Part shown: positions 48,701-60,780 of the stretch, in pieces
Numbering within the stretch: the stretch's first letter is position 1
How the letters are laid out: each line of letters starts with the position of its first letter
Source of the DNA: Yuukianura sp. NJ FZ-2021
Taxonomy: Eukaryota
Assembly: GCA_046563655.1 (NCBI GenBank)
Contig: CM102287.1
Location: 1,240,001-1,304,000 of the forward strand
DNA: 64,000 nt
Reading direction: 5' to 3'
Notes under the pieces: model-generated
What the model was told of the DNA's origin: nothing
Seen by the model: only the letters and a program-made list of their open reading frames with translations
Database searches by the model: none
Translations under genes and position numbers: made by a program

Positions 48701-51700
48701 ATGAGGATTTCAAAAATATAATTTACTTTCTGTTCATTCTCACATTTGCATGTTCATTCTCACAAATTTAAGTCGTTTTGCGTCAAAATGGTGCTCGGCA
48801 TTCCCCTGGGTGCCGTATTCCAACCCCAGATAAAATTCGAGGCGGAGCGATTTATCCCGACTTTTAAGTCCGCCCTATCCAGATTTAATGGCGATCTATC
48901 CACACCAATGAAACTTGGGGTCCTGCAGTACGTTTCATAAGGATTTCAGAAAACTAACTCATTTTCACCCGGCATCGTTCCGCGCGGAGGTTTTTCAAAT
49001 GTTCTGTTTTGAAACAAATTTTCATAAATAAAAGTAACGAGATGAGGGACGATACAGCAAGTGAAAGTGGGTTCCTGTAGCACTTTTTATGAGGATTTCA
49101 AAAATGTTGTTGCCTTTTACCCAGCATCGTTCCGGAATGCATTTCTTTTGAATTCTCTGTTTTGAAACATGAATTTTCATAAATAAAGGTAACAAGATGA
49201 GGGACGACACAGCAAGTGAAAGTGGGTTCCTGTAGCCCTTTTTATGAGGATTTCAAAAATATAATTTACTTTCTGTTCATTCTCACATTTGCATGTTCAT
49301 TCTCACAAATTTAAGTCGTTTTGCGTCAAAATGGTGCTCGGCATTCCCCTGGGTGCCGTATTCCAACCCCAGATAAAATTCGAGGCGGAGCGATTTATCC
49401 CGACTTTTAAGTCCGCCCTATCCAGATTTAATGGCGATCTATCCACACCAATGAAACTTGGGGTCCTGCAGTACGTTTCATAAGGATTTCAGAAAACTAA
49501 CTCATTTTCACCCGGCATCGTTCCGCGCGGAGGTTTTTCGAATGTTCTGTTTTGAAACAAATTTTCATAAATAAAAGTAACGAGATGAGGGACGATACAG
49601 CAAGTGAAAGTGGGTTCCTGTAGCACTTTTTATGAGGATTTCAAAAATGTTGTTGCCTTTTACCCAGCATCGTTCCGGAATGCATTTCTTTTGAATTCTC
49701 TGTTTTGAAACATGAATTTTCATAAATAAAGGTAACAAGATGAGGGACGACACAGCAAGTGAAAGTGGGTTCCTGTAGCCCTTTTTATGAGGATTTCAAA
49801 AATGTAGTTGACTGTTTATCTAGCATCGTTCCGGAATGCATTTCTTTTGAATTTTTGTTGTGAAACATGAATTTTCATAAATAAAGGTAACAAGATGAGG
49901 GACGACACAGCAAGTGAAAGTGGGTTCCTGTAGCCCTTTTATGAGGATTTCAAAAATATAATTTACTTTCTGTTCATTCTCACATTTGCATGTTCATTCT
50001 CACAAATTTAAGTCGTTTTGCGTCAAAATGGTGCTCGGCATTCCCCTGGGTGCCGTATTCCAACCCCAGATAAAATTCGAGGCGGAGCGATTTATCCCGA
50101 CTTTTAAGTCCGCCCTATCCAGATTTAATGGCGATCTATCCACACCAATGAAACTTGGGGTCCTGCAGTACGTTTCATAAGGATTTCAGAAAACTAACTC
50201 ATTTTCACCCGGCATCGTTCCGCGCGGAGGTTTTTCGAATGTTCTGTTTTGAAACAAATTTTCATAAATAAAAGTAACGAGATGAGGGACGATACAGCAA
50301 GTGAAAGTGGGTTCCTGTAGCACTTTTTATGAGGATTTCAAAAATGTTGTTGCCTTTTACCCAGCATCGTTCCGGAATGCATTTCTTTTGAATTCTCTGC
50401 TTTGAAACATGAATTTTCATAAATAAAGGTAACAAGATGAGGGACGACACAGCAAGTGAAAGTGGGTTCCTGTAGCACTTTTTATGAGGATTTCAAAAAT
50501 GTAGTTGACTTTTACCCAGCATCGTTCCGGAATGCATTTCTTTTGAATTCTCTGTTTTGAAACATGAATTTTCATAAATAAAGGTAACAAGATGAGGGAC
50601 GACACAGCAAGTGAAAGTGGGTTCCTGTAGCCCTTTTTATGAGGATTTCAAAAATATAATTTACTTTCTGTTCATTCTCACATTTGAATGTTCATTCTCA
50701 CAAATTTAAGTCGTTTTGCGTCAAAATGGTGCTCGGCATTCCCCTGGGTGCCGTATTCCAACCCCAGATAAAATTCGAGGCGGAGCGATTTATCCCGACT
50801 TTTAAGTCCGCCCTATCCAGATTTAATGGCGATCTATCCACACCAATGAAACTTGGGGTCCTGCAGTACGTTTCATAAGGATTTCAGAAAACTAACTCAT
50901 TTTCACCCGGCATCGTTCCGCGCGGAGGTTTTTCGAATGTTTTGTTTTGAAACAAATTTTCATAAATAAAAGTAACGAGATGAGGGACGACACAGCAAGT
51001 GAAAGTGGGTTCCTGTAGCACTTTTTATGAGGATTTCAAAAATGTTGTTGCCTTTTACCCAGCATCGTTCCGGAATGCATTTCTTTTGAATTCTCTGTTT
51101 TGAAACATGAATTTTCATAAATAAAGGTAACAAGATGAGGGACGACACAGCAAGTGAAAGTGGGTTCCTGTAGCACTTTTTATGAGGATTTCAAAAATGT
51201 AGTTGACTTTTACCCAGCATCGTTCCGGAATGCATTTCTTTTGAATTCTCTGTTTTGAAACATGAATTTTCATAAATAAAGGTAACAAGATGAGGGACGA
51301 CACAGCAAGTGAAAGTGGGTTCCTGTAGCCCTTTTTATGAGGATTTCAAAAATATAATTTACTTTCTGTTCATTCTCACATTTGAATGTTCATTCTCACA
51401 AATTTAAGTCGTTTTGCGTCAAAATGGTGCTCGGCATTCCCCTGGGTGCCGTATTCCAACCCCAGATAAAATTCGAGGCGGAGCGATTTATCCCGACTTT
51501 TAAGTCCGCCCTATCCAGATTTAATGGCGATCTATCCACACCAATGAAACTTGGGGTCCTGCAGTACGTTTCATAAGGATTTCAGAAAACTAACTCATTT
51601 TCACCCGGCATCGTTCCGCGCGGAGGTTTTTCGAATGTTCTGTTTTGAAACAAATTTTCATAAATAAAAGTAACGAGATGAGGGACGACACAGCAAGTGA

Positions 51701-53046
51701 AAGTGGGTTCCTGTAGCACTTTTTATGAGGATTTCAAAAATGTAGTTGACTTTTACCCAGCATCGTTCCGGAATGCATTTCTTTTGAATTCTCTGTTTTG
51801 AAACATGAATTTTCATAAATAAAGGTAACAAGATGAGGGACGACACAGCAAGTGAAAGTGGGTTCCTGTAGCACTTTTTATGAGGATTTCAAAAATGTAG
51901 TTGACTTTTACCCAGCATCGTTCCGGAATGCATTTCTTTTGAATTCTCTGTTTTGAAACATGAATTTTCATAAATAAAGGTAACAAGATGAGGGACGACA
52001 CAGCAAGTGAAAGTGGGTTCCTGTAGCCCTTTTTATGAGGATTTCAAAAATATAATTTACTTTCTGTTCATTCTCACATTTGAATGTTCATTCTCACAAA
52101 TTTAAGTCGTTTTGCGTCAAAATGGTGCTCGGCATTCCCCTGGGTGCCGTATTCCAACCCCAGATAAAATTCGAGGCGGAGCGATTTATCCCGACTTTTA
52201 AGTCCGCCCTATCCAGATTTAATGGCGATCTATCCACACCAATGAAACTTGGGGTCCTGCAGTACGTTTCATAAGGATTTCAGAAAACTAACTCATTTTC
52301 ACCCGGCATCGTTCCGCGCGGAGGTTTTTCGAATGTTCTGTTTTGAAACAAATTTTCATAAATAAAAGTAACGAGATGAGGGACGATACAGCAAGTGAAA
52401 GTGGGTTCCTGTAGCACTTTTTATGAGGATTTCAAAAATGTTGTTGCCTTTTACCCAGCATCGTTCCGGAATGCATTTCTTTTGAATTCTCTGCTTTGAA
52501 ACATGAATTTTCATAAATAAAGGTAACAAGATGAGGGACGACACAGCAAGTGAAAGTGGGTTCCTGTAGCACTTTTTATGAGGATTTCAAAAATGTAGTT
52601 GACTTTTACCCAGCATCGTTCCGGAATGCATTTCTTTTGAATTCTCTGTTTTGAAACATGAATTTTCATAAATAAAGGTAACAAGATGAGGGACGACACA
52701 GCAAGTGAAAGTGGGTTCCTGTAGCCCTTTTTATGAGGATTTCAAAAATATAATTTACTTTCTGTTCATTCTCACATTTGCATGTTCATTCTCACAAATT
52801 TAAGTCGTTTTGCGTCAAAATGGTGCTCGGCATTCCCTGGGTGCCGTATTCCAACCCCAGACAAAATTCGAGGCGGAGCGATTTATCCCGACTTTTAAGT
52901 CCGCCCTATCCAGATTTAATGGCGATCTATCCACACCAATGAAACTTGGGGTCCTGCAGTACGTTTCATAAGGATTTCAGAAAACTAACTCATTTTCACC
53001 CGGCATCGTTCCGCGCGGAGGTTTTTCGAATGTTCTGTTTTGAAAC
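21716..53046 (+). repeat. Satellite array, right segment: about 50 higher-order units, mostly 543 and 698 bp, one of 853 and one of 1008 bp
   Basis: Spacing of the recurring 64-aa pseudo-ORF starts (22139, 22682, ... 52080). The copies are nearly identical and the array ends at the assembly gap. Confidence 0.98.
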
Positions 53047-53146
53047 NNNNNNNNNNNNNNNNNNNNNNNNNNNNNNNNNNNNNNNNNNNNNNNNNNNNNN
53101 NNNNNNNNNNNNNNNNNNNNNNNNNNNNNNNNNNNNNNNNNNNNNN
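53047..53146. other. Assembly gap of 100 N
   Basis: Exactly 100 N, a typical placeholder of unknown size. Adjacency and orientation across it are unverified. Confidence 0.99.
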
Positions 53147-53150
53147 GATG

Positions 53151-53288
53151 TCTATATTTATAAAATTATAATAAATTGAGCGAGTGAGTTGGTTACGAAA
53201 CTCCGTCGACCTTTAAACCTTACGCCAACTCTTGAGGCCTTGTGTGGATCGCGGCCCACCCAAAGTCGGCCGAGGCCGACACCTCTGA
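53151..53288 (+). mobile_element. Short non-autonomous Helitron-like element
   Basis: 5' TCTATATTTATAAAA, GAGCGAGTGAGT micro-repeat, 3' GC hairpin GTCGGC-CGAG-GCCGAC (53265-53280), then CTGA followed by T (CTRR rule). Confidence 0.45.
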
Positions 53289-53684
53289 TACAATGTAATT
53301 CGAGAGTTTACAGTATCAGGGTTGCTATAAGAGAGGTTTTTCTGTATGTCAAAGTGTGATTGAAATGTTTAAAATCATGGTTAAGAATATTTTCCCACAT
53401 CCTTGCTCCGAAAAAAACCACTGCGAAGACGTTGAATCTTTGCAATTCTGGGCGGTATTCTATGTGTGCTCTATTCGGTCAATTTTTGAAATTACGCTTA
53501 TCAACGTTGATTCGAACGACATATCTTGAACATAACGACATAACGAACTTGACATATATCTCATGGAAATCTACACTGTTGAATAGTAGGTCTGTATAGC
53601 GCCAAATGTTTCGTAGGATTTACAGCTTTTCAGGTTTAAGTCAACGGACTCTCTTTCAGGTTCAAAATATTTTCCCACATCCTT

Positions 53685-53986
53685 TGTTGAATAATCGAGC
53701 CAATTTCAACTTAGGCACCGACCAACTACCCGTTGATCAGTGGCTATCAAATCTCGGACACTTTAACCCTCGACTAAATGAAAACTGAAAGTCTGACTGA
53801 TCTTGATTCTTTATGTTTATTTTCTTCTTATCGGATCTCTTTTTTCAAGTACTTACTACTAAAGTTCCCTCTTTTCCCACTAGCAGTCGAAAAGGAAACG
53901 ACGCTATCCCTTTTCAAATAATTTTAGCGCCGCCTTTCTCAAATTCCCAAAATAGTCAAAATTAAAAAATAGCCATATTTCTAACA
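53685..53986 (-). repeat. Putative 3' LTR of BEL/Pao B, ~302 bp
   Basis: Follows the PPT, reads TGTTAGAAATA...TTATTCAACA, and shares CGGGTAGTTGGT near its end with the family A LTR. Confidence 0.7.
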
Positions 53987-54276
53987 TTATTCCCACTTTT
54001 CCTTTCGACCGCTAGTAGAAAGGAAACTTCCTTAAATTAATGAAATCAGAAATGAAACAAATGAAGCGTTAAAGTTAAAATTAACCTAAGTCCAAATTAA
54101 AACTGAAAAAACCTTAATTCTAAACTTTAAATCGAAAACCTTAAATCTAGAGTAAATCTAATCCAATTAAATCGGAAAAACTTACATCTAAAATTTAAAT
54201 CGGAAAAAATCTTAAAACTAGAATTAAATCAGAAAATCTTAACTAAAACTTATCCGAATCCCGTTCCGAAGTCTTC

Positions 54277-56940
54277 TTAATTTCCAAAACGTTCCGGTTT
54301 CTTCACAGTACGTCCAGATTTAGTCACAACTGGTACTTCGACTTGAATGTCGTCTGCTTCCTCCTCAGCGTAGTCAATGGTCGTCTCATGTTTGCGTTTC
54401 TGCTTCCCAGTCGGCTTACGGGCATCTCCGACTGTCTTCTTCTCGTCACCAATCGGCTCACGAACATCTCCGACTTTCTCCGGATCAGTTTCTTCAACTT
54501 GTAGCTCGTCCCTCCTCACTTCCAATGGCACTAAACGTTGAATTGGACGAGTCAGAATTCCAGTCTTGGTCCGGACTTTTGCGACACGAATTTCCCCGTC
54601 ATTGCCAGGAATCAACTCGACAATCTTCGCCATTGGCCACAGAACCTTCTTCACTTTCTCCAGTTCCACAATGACGATTTCTCCGACTTCAAATTGTCGA
54701 ATCTTCTTTTCGTTGCCCCGCTGAACAAGTTGGCCCAAATAATCACTTCTGAATGCCTCCTTCAGTTCAGCCAGTAGTTTCCCTAGTTGTCGTTTCTTGT
54801 CATGTAGAGATGGAACTTTCACTGTTGATGCTTCTGGAACTTCACTTTCTGGTAAGTCGTGGAGGAACATTGCTGGAGTTATGGACACAAAATCATCTTG
54901 GTCCTCTGTGACGTAAGTAAGTGGACGGTGATTCACAGCTGATTCCACTTCACACAATGCAGTTTCTAACTGTACGTACGTCAATTTGGCGAATCCCAGC
55001 ATCCTTCTTAGCAGATCCTTCACGCTCCTAACCAGTCGTTCCCACCATCCTCCCCACCATGGTGCAGATGGAGGGTTAAACACCCACTTCACACGATGAA
55101 CTTGAGTTTTCTTTTCCACTGAGTCCCAGTTGATACTTTTGAACAAGTTCACGGCTCCGACGAAGTTGGTGCCGTTGTCCGTGTAAACGATGGTTGGTCT
55201 CTGTCTTCTCTTACTGAATCTAATAAAAGACAAAATAAAGTTTTCTGTAGATAGAGATTCAACCAACTCCAAATGAATGGCCCTATACACTGCACAAGTA
55301 AACAACACAATGTACACTTTGTCTTTGTTTTTAAGTGTCAGAGGGCCTGCCAGGTCAATCCCAGTGACCTCAAATGCTCTTGCATCCCTCACTCTTGGTT
55401 CCGGTAGTGGACAGATTCTAGTTTCTCCTTTCCTTCCGTCAAATCTGGTGCATCTGACGCACTTCCGGATGACTTTCTTGATGGCCCTGCGACTTTGCAC
55501 AATCCAGAACTTTTCTCGGAGTTTAGCCATCATCAGCTGAGTCCCACCGGGGTGATTTGCAGTTATCCGACCCGAGTTGAAACGGGGAGGTGGGGAGTGG
55601 GGAGTGGGGAGGACTCCTCCCCACTCCCCGTCCCCGTCCTATATTACCATTGTTGAAACTGGGAGTGGGGAGGAGTAGGGAGTGGGGAGGAGTGGGGAGT
55701 GGGGAGGACTCCTCCCCACTCCCCACTCCTCCCCACTCCCAGTTTCAACCGTAACATATAATGGGGAGTGGGGAGGAGTGGGGAGTGGGGAGGACTCCTC
55801 CCCACTCCCCATTATATGTTACGGTTGAAACTGGGAGTGGGGAGGAGTGGGGAGTGGGGAGGAGTAGGGAGTGGGGAGGACTCCTCCCCACTCCCCGTCC
55901 TATATTACCATTGTTGAAACTGGGAGTGGGGAGGAGTGGGGAGGAGTAGGGAGTGGGGAGGAGTAGGGAGTGGGGAGGAGTGGGGAGTGGGGAGGAGTGG
56001 TGAAATGTTACAAAATCAAACTTAACCCGTTTCATTGGCACAGCCTAACCTACAGACGAAATCACTAACATGTGCTTTACCAAACCTAACTCCGCGCCTC
56101 CGGCGCGAGCCATTGAACAAAACGCATGACGGAAATTACCCTTATCAATCTCAGACTTATCCGTAATGCGTTTGTTCAATGGCCCGCGCCGCAGGCGCGG
56201 AGTTAGGTTTGGTAAAGCACACATTAGAGTTTTCGTCTCCTCCCCACTCCCCACTCCCTACTCCTCCCCACTCCCCACTCCCCACTCCCAGTTTCAACCG
56301 TAACATATCATGGGGAGTGGGGGAGGAGTCCTCCCCACTCCTCCCCACTCCCCACTCCCCGTTTCAACCATGGGAACCTGCGACGGGGAGTGGGGAGTGG
56401 GGAGGACTCCTCCCCACTCCCCACTCCCCACCTCCCCGTTTCAACTCGGGTCGGATAACTGCAAATCACCCTCCCACCGTGAGAGTTAAGTTCATGGGTC
56501 TCCATAATGATTAAAGTCACAAATGGATGAAAGTTTGGTAGTAGGATAGGACGACGAAACAATTCACTGTCATGGCGATTGGTAATCTTCGTTTTCACTC
56601 TAATGATCTCGTCCGTGTCCTTCTCCACTCTGAGTCCTTCTATGACACTTTTCTGAGTAGAAAACGATTCCAACTGCACAATTTTGATGAATCGTCGTTC
56701 CACACAGTCTAGTTCTTCTGCCGTTGGTCGTATGCTGTTCTGCCGTTGTCCAATCTTCCGTGTGTTGTTCAGGAACCGAAAAACAAAAGCCAAAACACGG
56801 AGATTAGAACTGTAATTGTTTTTCACTACATACCAAGGCCTAAAATCAGCAGTAACGTTGAGAGTCGAGATTCCCCGTTTCCTCTCTTGGTCGACTGCTT
56901 CTTCGTCTGTCGGTTCTTCTGCTAGTGGCCACAATTCCTT
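54277..56940 (-). pseudogene. BEL/Pao pol C-terminus (integrase), split by the insertion at 55550-56471
   Basis: Removing the insertion and one TSD rejoins ...THELNSHGG with TQLMMAKLREK..., matching HGGAQLMMAK in family A. GIDLAGP, TDNGTNF and WWERL are present. Confidence 0.92.
55550..56471. mobile_element. Non-autonomous foldback/MITE DNA transposon, 922 bp, 8-bp TSD
   Basis: TIR GGGTGATTTGCAGTTATCCGACCCGAGTTGAAACGGGGAGG... at both ends, TSD TCCCACCG (55542-55549 and 56472-56479), internal (GGGGAGT)n blocks in both orientations. Confidence 0.93.
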
Positions 56941-57379
56941 TATGTCCGTGAATTTGGACCACGGTTTTACCGCGGTATAGGAGAGCCCGACTAATCCTCA
57001 GAATCGTCGGATATGTCAGAAAACTGCTCAAGAACACGTATTACGCCGTACAAATGTATTCCAAGGTATTTTTTTTTGTAAGTAATTTAAAGTAAAACAT
57101 TCGGAGACGTCGGTTGCTTCTTTTTTTTGCAAACAGGAAAACAAATATTAAAACTATTATCATTCTCTAACGTAAAGGAGTTTCCCTCGCATCTTGAAAA
57201 ACTTTTTGGAAATACGAGTAGTAACAAACCACAGGTTCCATCCCATTGTTTCAAACCAATTGCTTCTAACGGAAAAGCTGCTCAAAATTACTTCTAAAAA
57301 TCTATCCTGTAACTTTATTATAAACAAATTTTTTGAATCAATTTTCCTTTAGACGCCATTAATTTGGCATGCTTCCCCT

Positions 57380-59995
57380 AGGCTGGATGAAAGCGAACAT
57401 TTTCTGAAATCATACTGAAATATAGCTCAGGAAATAACTTTCACTCAGTATTTCACTATTGGTTTTCCAACCTGTTTTTCCATTTTATGTGTGAAAAGTA
57501 TAATTTTTGAAAAAAAAATGTCAAAATACTGGACCGATGCTGTGTGAAAGCAAATTACATTTTTGAACTCCTCATGAACAATGGTTGAAGGACCAAATTT
57601 CACCCAGTGTTTCCGCACTTGCCTTCCAACTTTTATTTAGCGTTGTCATTCAAAAAACTAAAAATTTTGAAAAACTTGGAAAAGGGACCGAAGCTGGGTG
57701 AAAGTAGTTTACACTTTTGAATTCCTCATTTCAGATGCTTCTTGAAAATATGCTTTGGCTTAGTTTCCGCACTCGTCTTCAGATTTTTTTAAGTTTTTCT
57801 AACTAAAAACTGAAATTTTTGGAAAAAGTTGAACAACGGGACTGAAATTTGAGGATAGTGAATTACACTTTTGAATTCCTCATTTCAAATGGTTCATGAA
57901 AAAATTCTTCCTCAGAATTTCCGCACTTTTCATCACACTTTTTTTTAAATTTATACTTACAAAAACTGAAATTTTTGAAAAAAGTTGAACAACGGGACTG
58001 AAATTTGAGGAAAGTGAATTACACTTTTGAATTCCTCATTTCAAATGGTTCATGAAAGAATTCTTCCTCAGAATTTCCGCACTCTTCTTCACACTTTTTT
58101 TTAAATTTTTACTTACTAAAAACTGCAATTTTTAAAAAAAAGTTGAACAACGGGACTGAAATTTGAGGAAAGTGAATTACACTTTTGAATTCCTCATTTC
58201 ATATGGTTCATGAAAGAATTCTTCCTCAGAATTTCCGCACTCTTCTTCACACTTTTTTTAAATTTTTACTTACAAAAACTGAAATTTTTGGAAAAAGTTG
58301 AACAACGGGACTGAAATTTGACGAAAGTGAATTACACTTTTGAATTCCTCATTTCAAATGGTTCATGAAAAAATTCTTCCTCAGAATTTCCGCACTCTTC
58401 TTCACACTTTTTTTTTAAATTTTTACTTACAAAAACTGAAATTTTTGAAAAAAGTTGAACAACGGGACTGAAATTTGAGGAAAGTGAATTACACTTTTGA
58501 ATTCCTCATTTCATATGGTTCATGAAAGAATTCTTCCTCAGAATTTCCGCACTCTTCTTCACACTTTTTTTTTAATTTTTACTTACAAAAACTGAAATTT
58601 TTGAAAAAAGTTGAACAACGGGACTGAAATTTGAGGAAAGTGAATTACACTTTTGAGTTCCTCATTTCAAATGGTTCCTGAAAAAATTCTTCCTCAGAAT
58701 TTCCGCACTCTTCTTCAGACTTTTTTTTAAATTTTTTCCAACTAAAAACTGAAATTTTTAAAAAAGTGGAACAACGGGACTGAAATTTGACGAAAGTGAA
58801 TTACACTTTTGAATTCCTCATTTCAAATGGTTCATGAAAAAATTCTTCCTCAGAATTTCCGCACTCTTCTTCACACTTTTTTCTAAATTTTTTCCAACTA
58901 AAAACTGAAATTTTTGAAAAAAGTTGAACAACGGGACTGAAATTTGAGGGGAGTGAATTACACTTTTGAATTCCTCATTTCAAATGGTTCATGAAAAAAT
59001 TCTTCCTCAGAATTTCCGCACTCTTCTTCACACTTTTTTTTAAATTTTTACTTACTAAAAACTGCAATTTTTGAAAAAAGTTGAACAACGGGACTGAAAT
59101 TTGAGGAAAGTGAATTACACTTTTGAATTCCTCATTTCAAATGGTTCATGAAAAAATTCTTCCTCAGAATTTCCGCACTCTTCTTCACACTTTTTTTAAA
59201 TTTTTACTTACTAAAAACTGCAATTTTTGAAAAAAGTTGAACAACGGGACTGAAATTTGAGGAAAGTGAATTACACTTTTGAATTCCTCATTTCATATGG
59301 TTCATGAAAGAATTCTTCCTCAGAATTTCCGCACTCTTCTTCACACTTTTTTTTAAATTTTTACTTACAAAAACTGAAATTTTTGAAAAAAGTTGAACAA
59401 CGGGACTGAAATTTGAGGAAAGTGAATTACACTTTTGAATTCCTCATTTCAAATGGTTCCTGAAAGAATTCTTCCTCAGAATTTCCGCACTCTTCTTCAC
59501 ACTTTTTTTTAAATTTTTACTTACAAAAACTGAAATTTTTGAAAAAAGTTGAACAACGGGACTGAAATTTGAGGAAAGTGAATTACACTTTTGAATTCCT
59601 CATTTCAAATGGTTCATGAAAAAATTCTTCCTCAGAATTTCTGCACTCTTCTTCACACTTTTTTTTAAATTTTTACTTACTAAAAACTGCAATTTTTGAA
59701 AAAAGTTGAACAACGGGACTGAAAGTGGGTGAAAGTAATTTACACTTTTGAATTTGTCATTTCAAATGGTTAATGAAAATATTTTTTCTCACAGTTTCCG
59801 CGCTCGTCTTCAGACTTTTCTTAACATTTTTTTATAGAATCTGAAAATTTTTAAAAAGTTAAACCGGACCGAACCTGGGTGAAGTTGACTTACATTTTCG
59901 AATTCCTCATAGAAAATGGTTCAGAGAACAACTTTCACTCAGTGTTTCCGCACTTGCCTTCTAGCTTTTTTTTTAGCATTTTTCCTCTAAAAACT
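57380..59995 (-). repeat. ~156-bp tandem repeat: about 13 homogeneous monomers plus degenerate edge copies; a diverged, inverted relative of the main satellite
   Basis: GAACAACGGGACTG recurs at about 57831, 57987, 58145, 58300 ... 59708. The reverse complement ATGAGGAATTCAAAAGTGTAATTCACTTT aligns with main-satellite ATGAGGATTTCAAAAATGTAGTTGACTTT. Confidence 0.93.
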
Positions 59996-60275
59996 GGTTG
60001 TGATGTATACAATTTTAGCTGTGTTTAAATTCTTTCCGTATTTTATTATAGTATTAATTGTATTTACAGAATTCAGTTTAATCTTAGACCCTCTTTTTGG
60101 TTTAAATTTCCCAATTTTCGGACATGCGCACAGCCGCTCTCCAGAATTGCATCACCAAAATTCCTAACTACGCAGTTAGTTTAGTTTCTGTTTGTTCACT
60201 CTTTCTGTCCAATTCATAGTGTCGTTTCAGAACTAGAGTTGTACGGTCATGCCTCTCTCTAGTTTCTTCACCTTT

Positions 60276-60780
60276 TGTAGGATAAGTTGGGTTATTTCTC
60301 TTTTTTAATTAAGACTAACTTTAACTTCCCGCCCTACAAAAACGAAAGGTCAGATTTTCATGAGAATTGGTGGGCTTATAGGTTTAAGTGTATAGTATAT
60401 CCCCTATAAGTTATAGCTTTCCGACAAGTCGGGTTTGTAAGTAGTGGGTGGAGATAGGGTGCGACGATAGCGTCCGCGTCTGGCCTTCGGCTATTCTGTC
60501 TTTTCTCCTCTCCCTCTGTTGTTGTGTTCCCATAAGCATAAGTTAAGAATAAGTAAGAAAAAAGACAAGATTCAGACTTTGAAGAGACAACACGTATCTT
60601 AAGTTTTCTAAGTTGTCATTAATTGGATTTAATTGGTAAATACTAATAAACTAGTAAAACGAACATCGACAACAGCCCAATCGATCAGTCCATTTAGCAG
60701 CGTTTGAGAGCCGGCCAAGTTACAGAACTCCCATTGATATAACGTAATCGACGGGTAGTTGGTTAGCGCTATATTCTACA
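60276..60780 (+). repeat. 5' LTR variant, 505 bp
   Basis: TGTAGGATAA...ATATTCTACA, with many substitutions and indels relative to the 495-bp LTR. Confidence 0.93.

Larger units (their letters stand above)
53685..56940 (-). mobile_element. 3' part of a second BEL/Pao family (B), 5'-truncated and interrupted by a MITE
   Basis: Integrase homologous to but clearly diverged from family A, AT-rich 3' UTR, PPT GAAAGGAAAAGTGGGAATAA (54006-53987), then an LTR. Homology stops at ...KELWPL near 56940. Confidence 0.9.

Noticed and set aside
8536..52699. More than 100 repeated 62-aa and 64-aa ORFs as a tandem gene family
   Set aside because: They are by-products of the satellite, with non-ATG starts, no recognisable domain, and stops or indels in some copies (for example ~13887 and ~52835).
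8493..53046. CRISPR-like array
   Set aside because: There are no unique spacers, the units are 155-1008 bp, there are no cas genes, and the context is eukaryotic.
53386..53684. 19-bp direct repeat AATATTTTCCCACATCCTT 280 bp apart as a tandem array
   Set aside because: The similarity does not clearly extend beyond the motif, so there is too little to call.
55523..56514. Pro/Gly-rich ORFs
   Set aside because: They are translations of the GGGGAGT repeats in the MITE.
53680..56940. TCCTT on both sides of BEL B as a TSD
   Set aside because: The right-hand copy lies inside pol coding sequence of a truncated element, so the match is probably chance.
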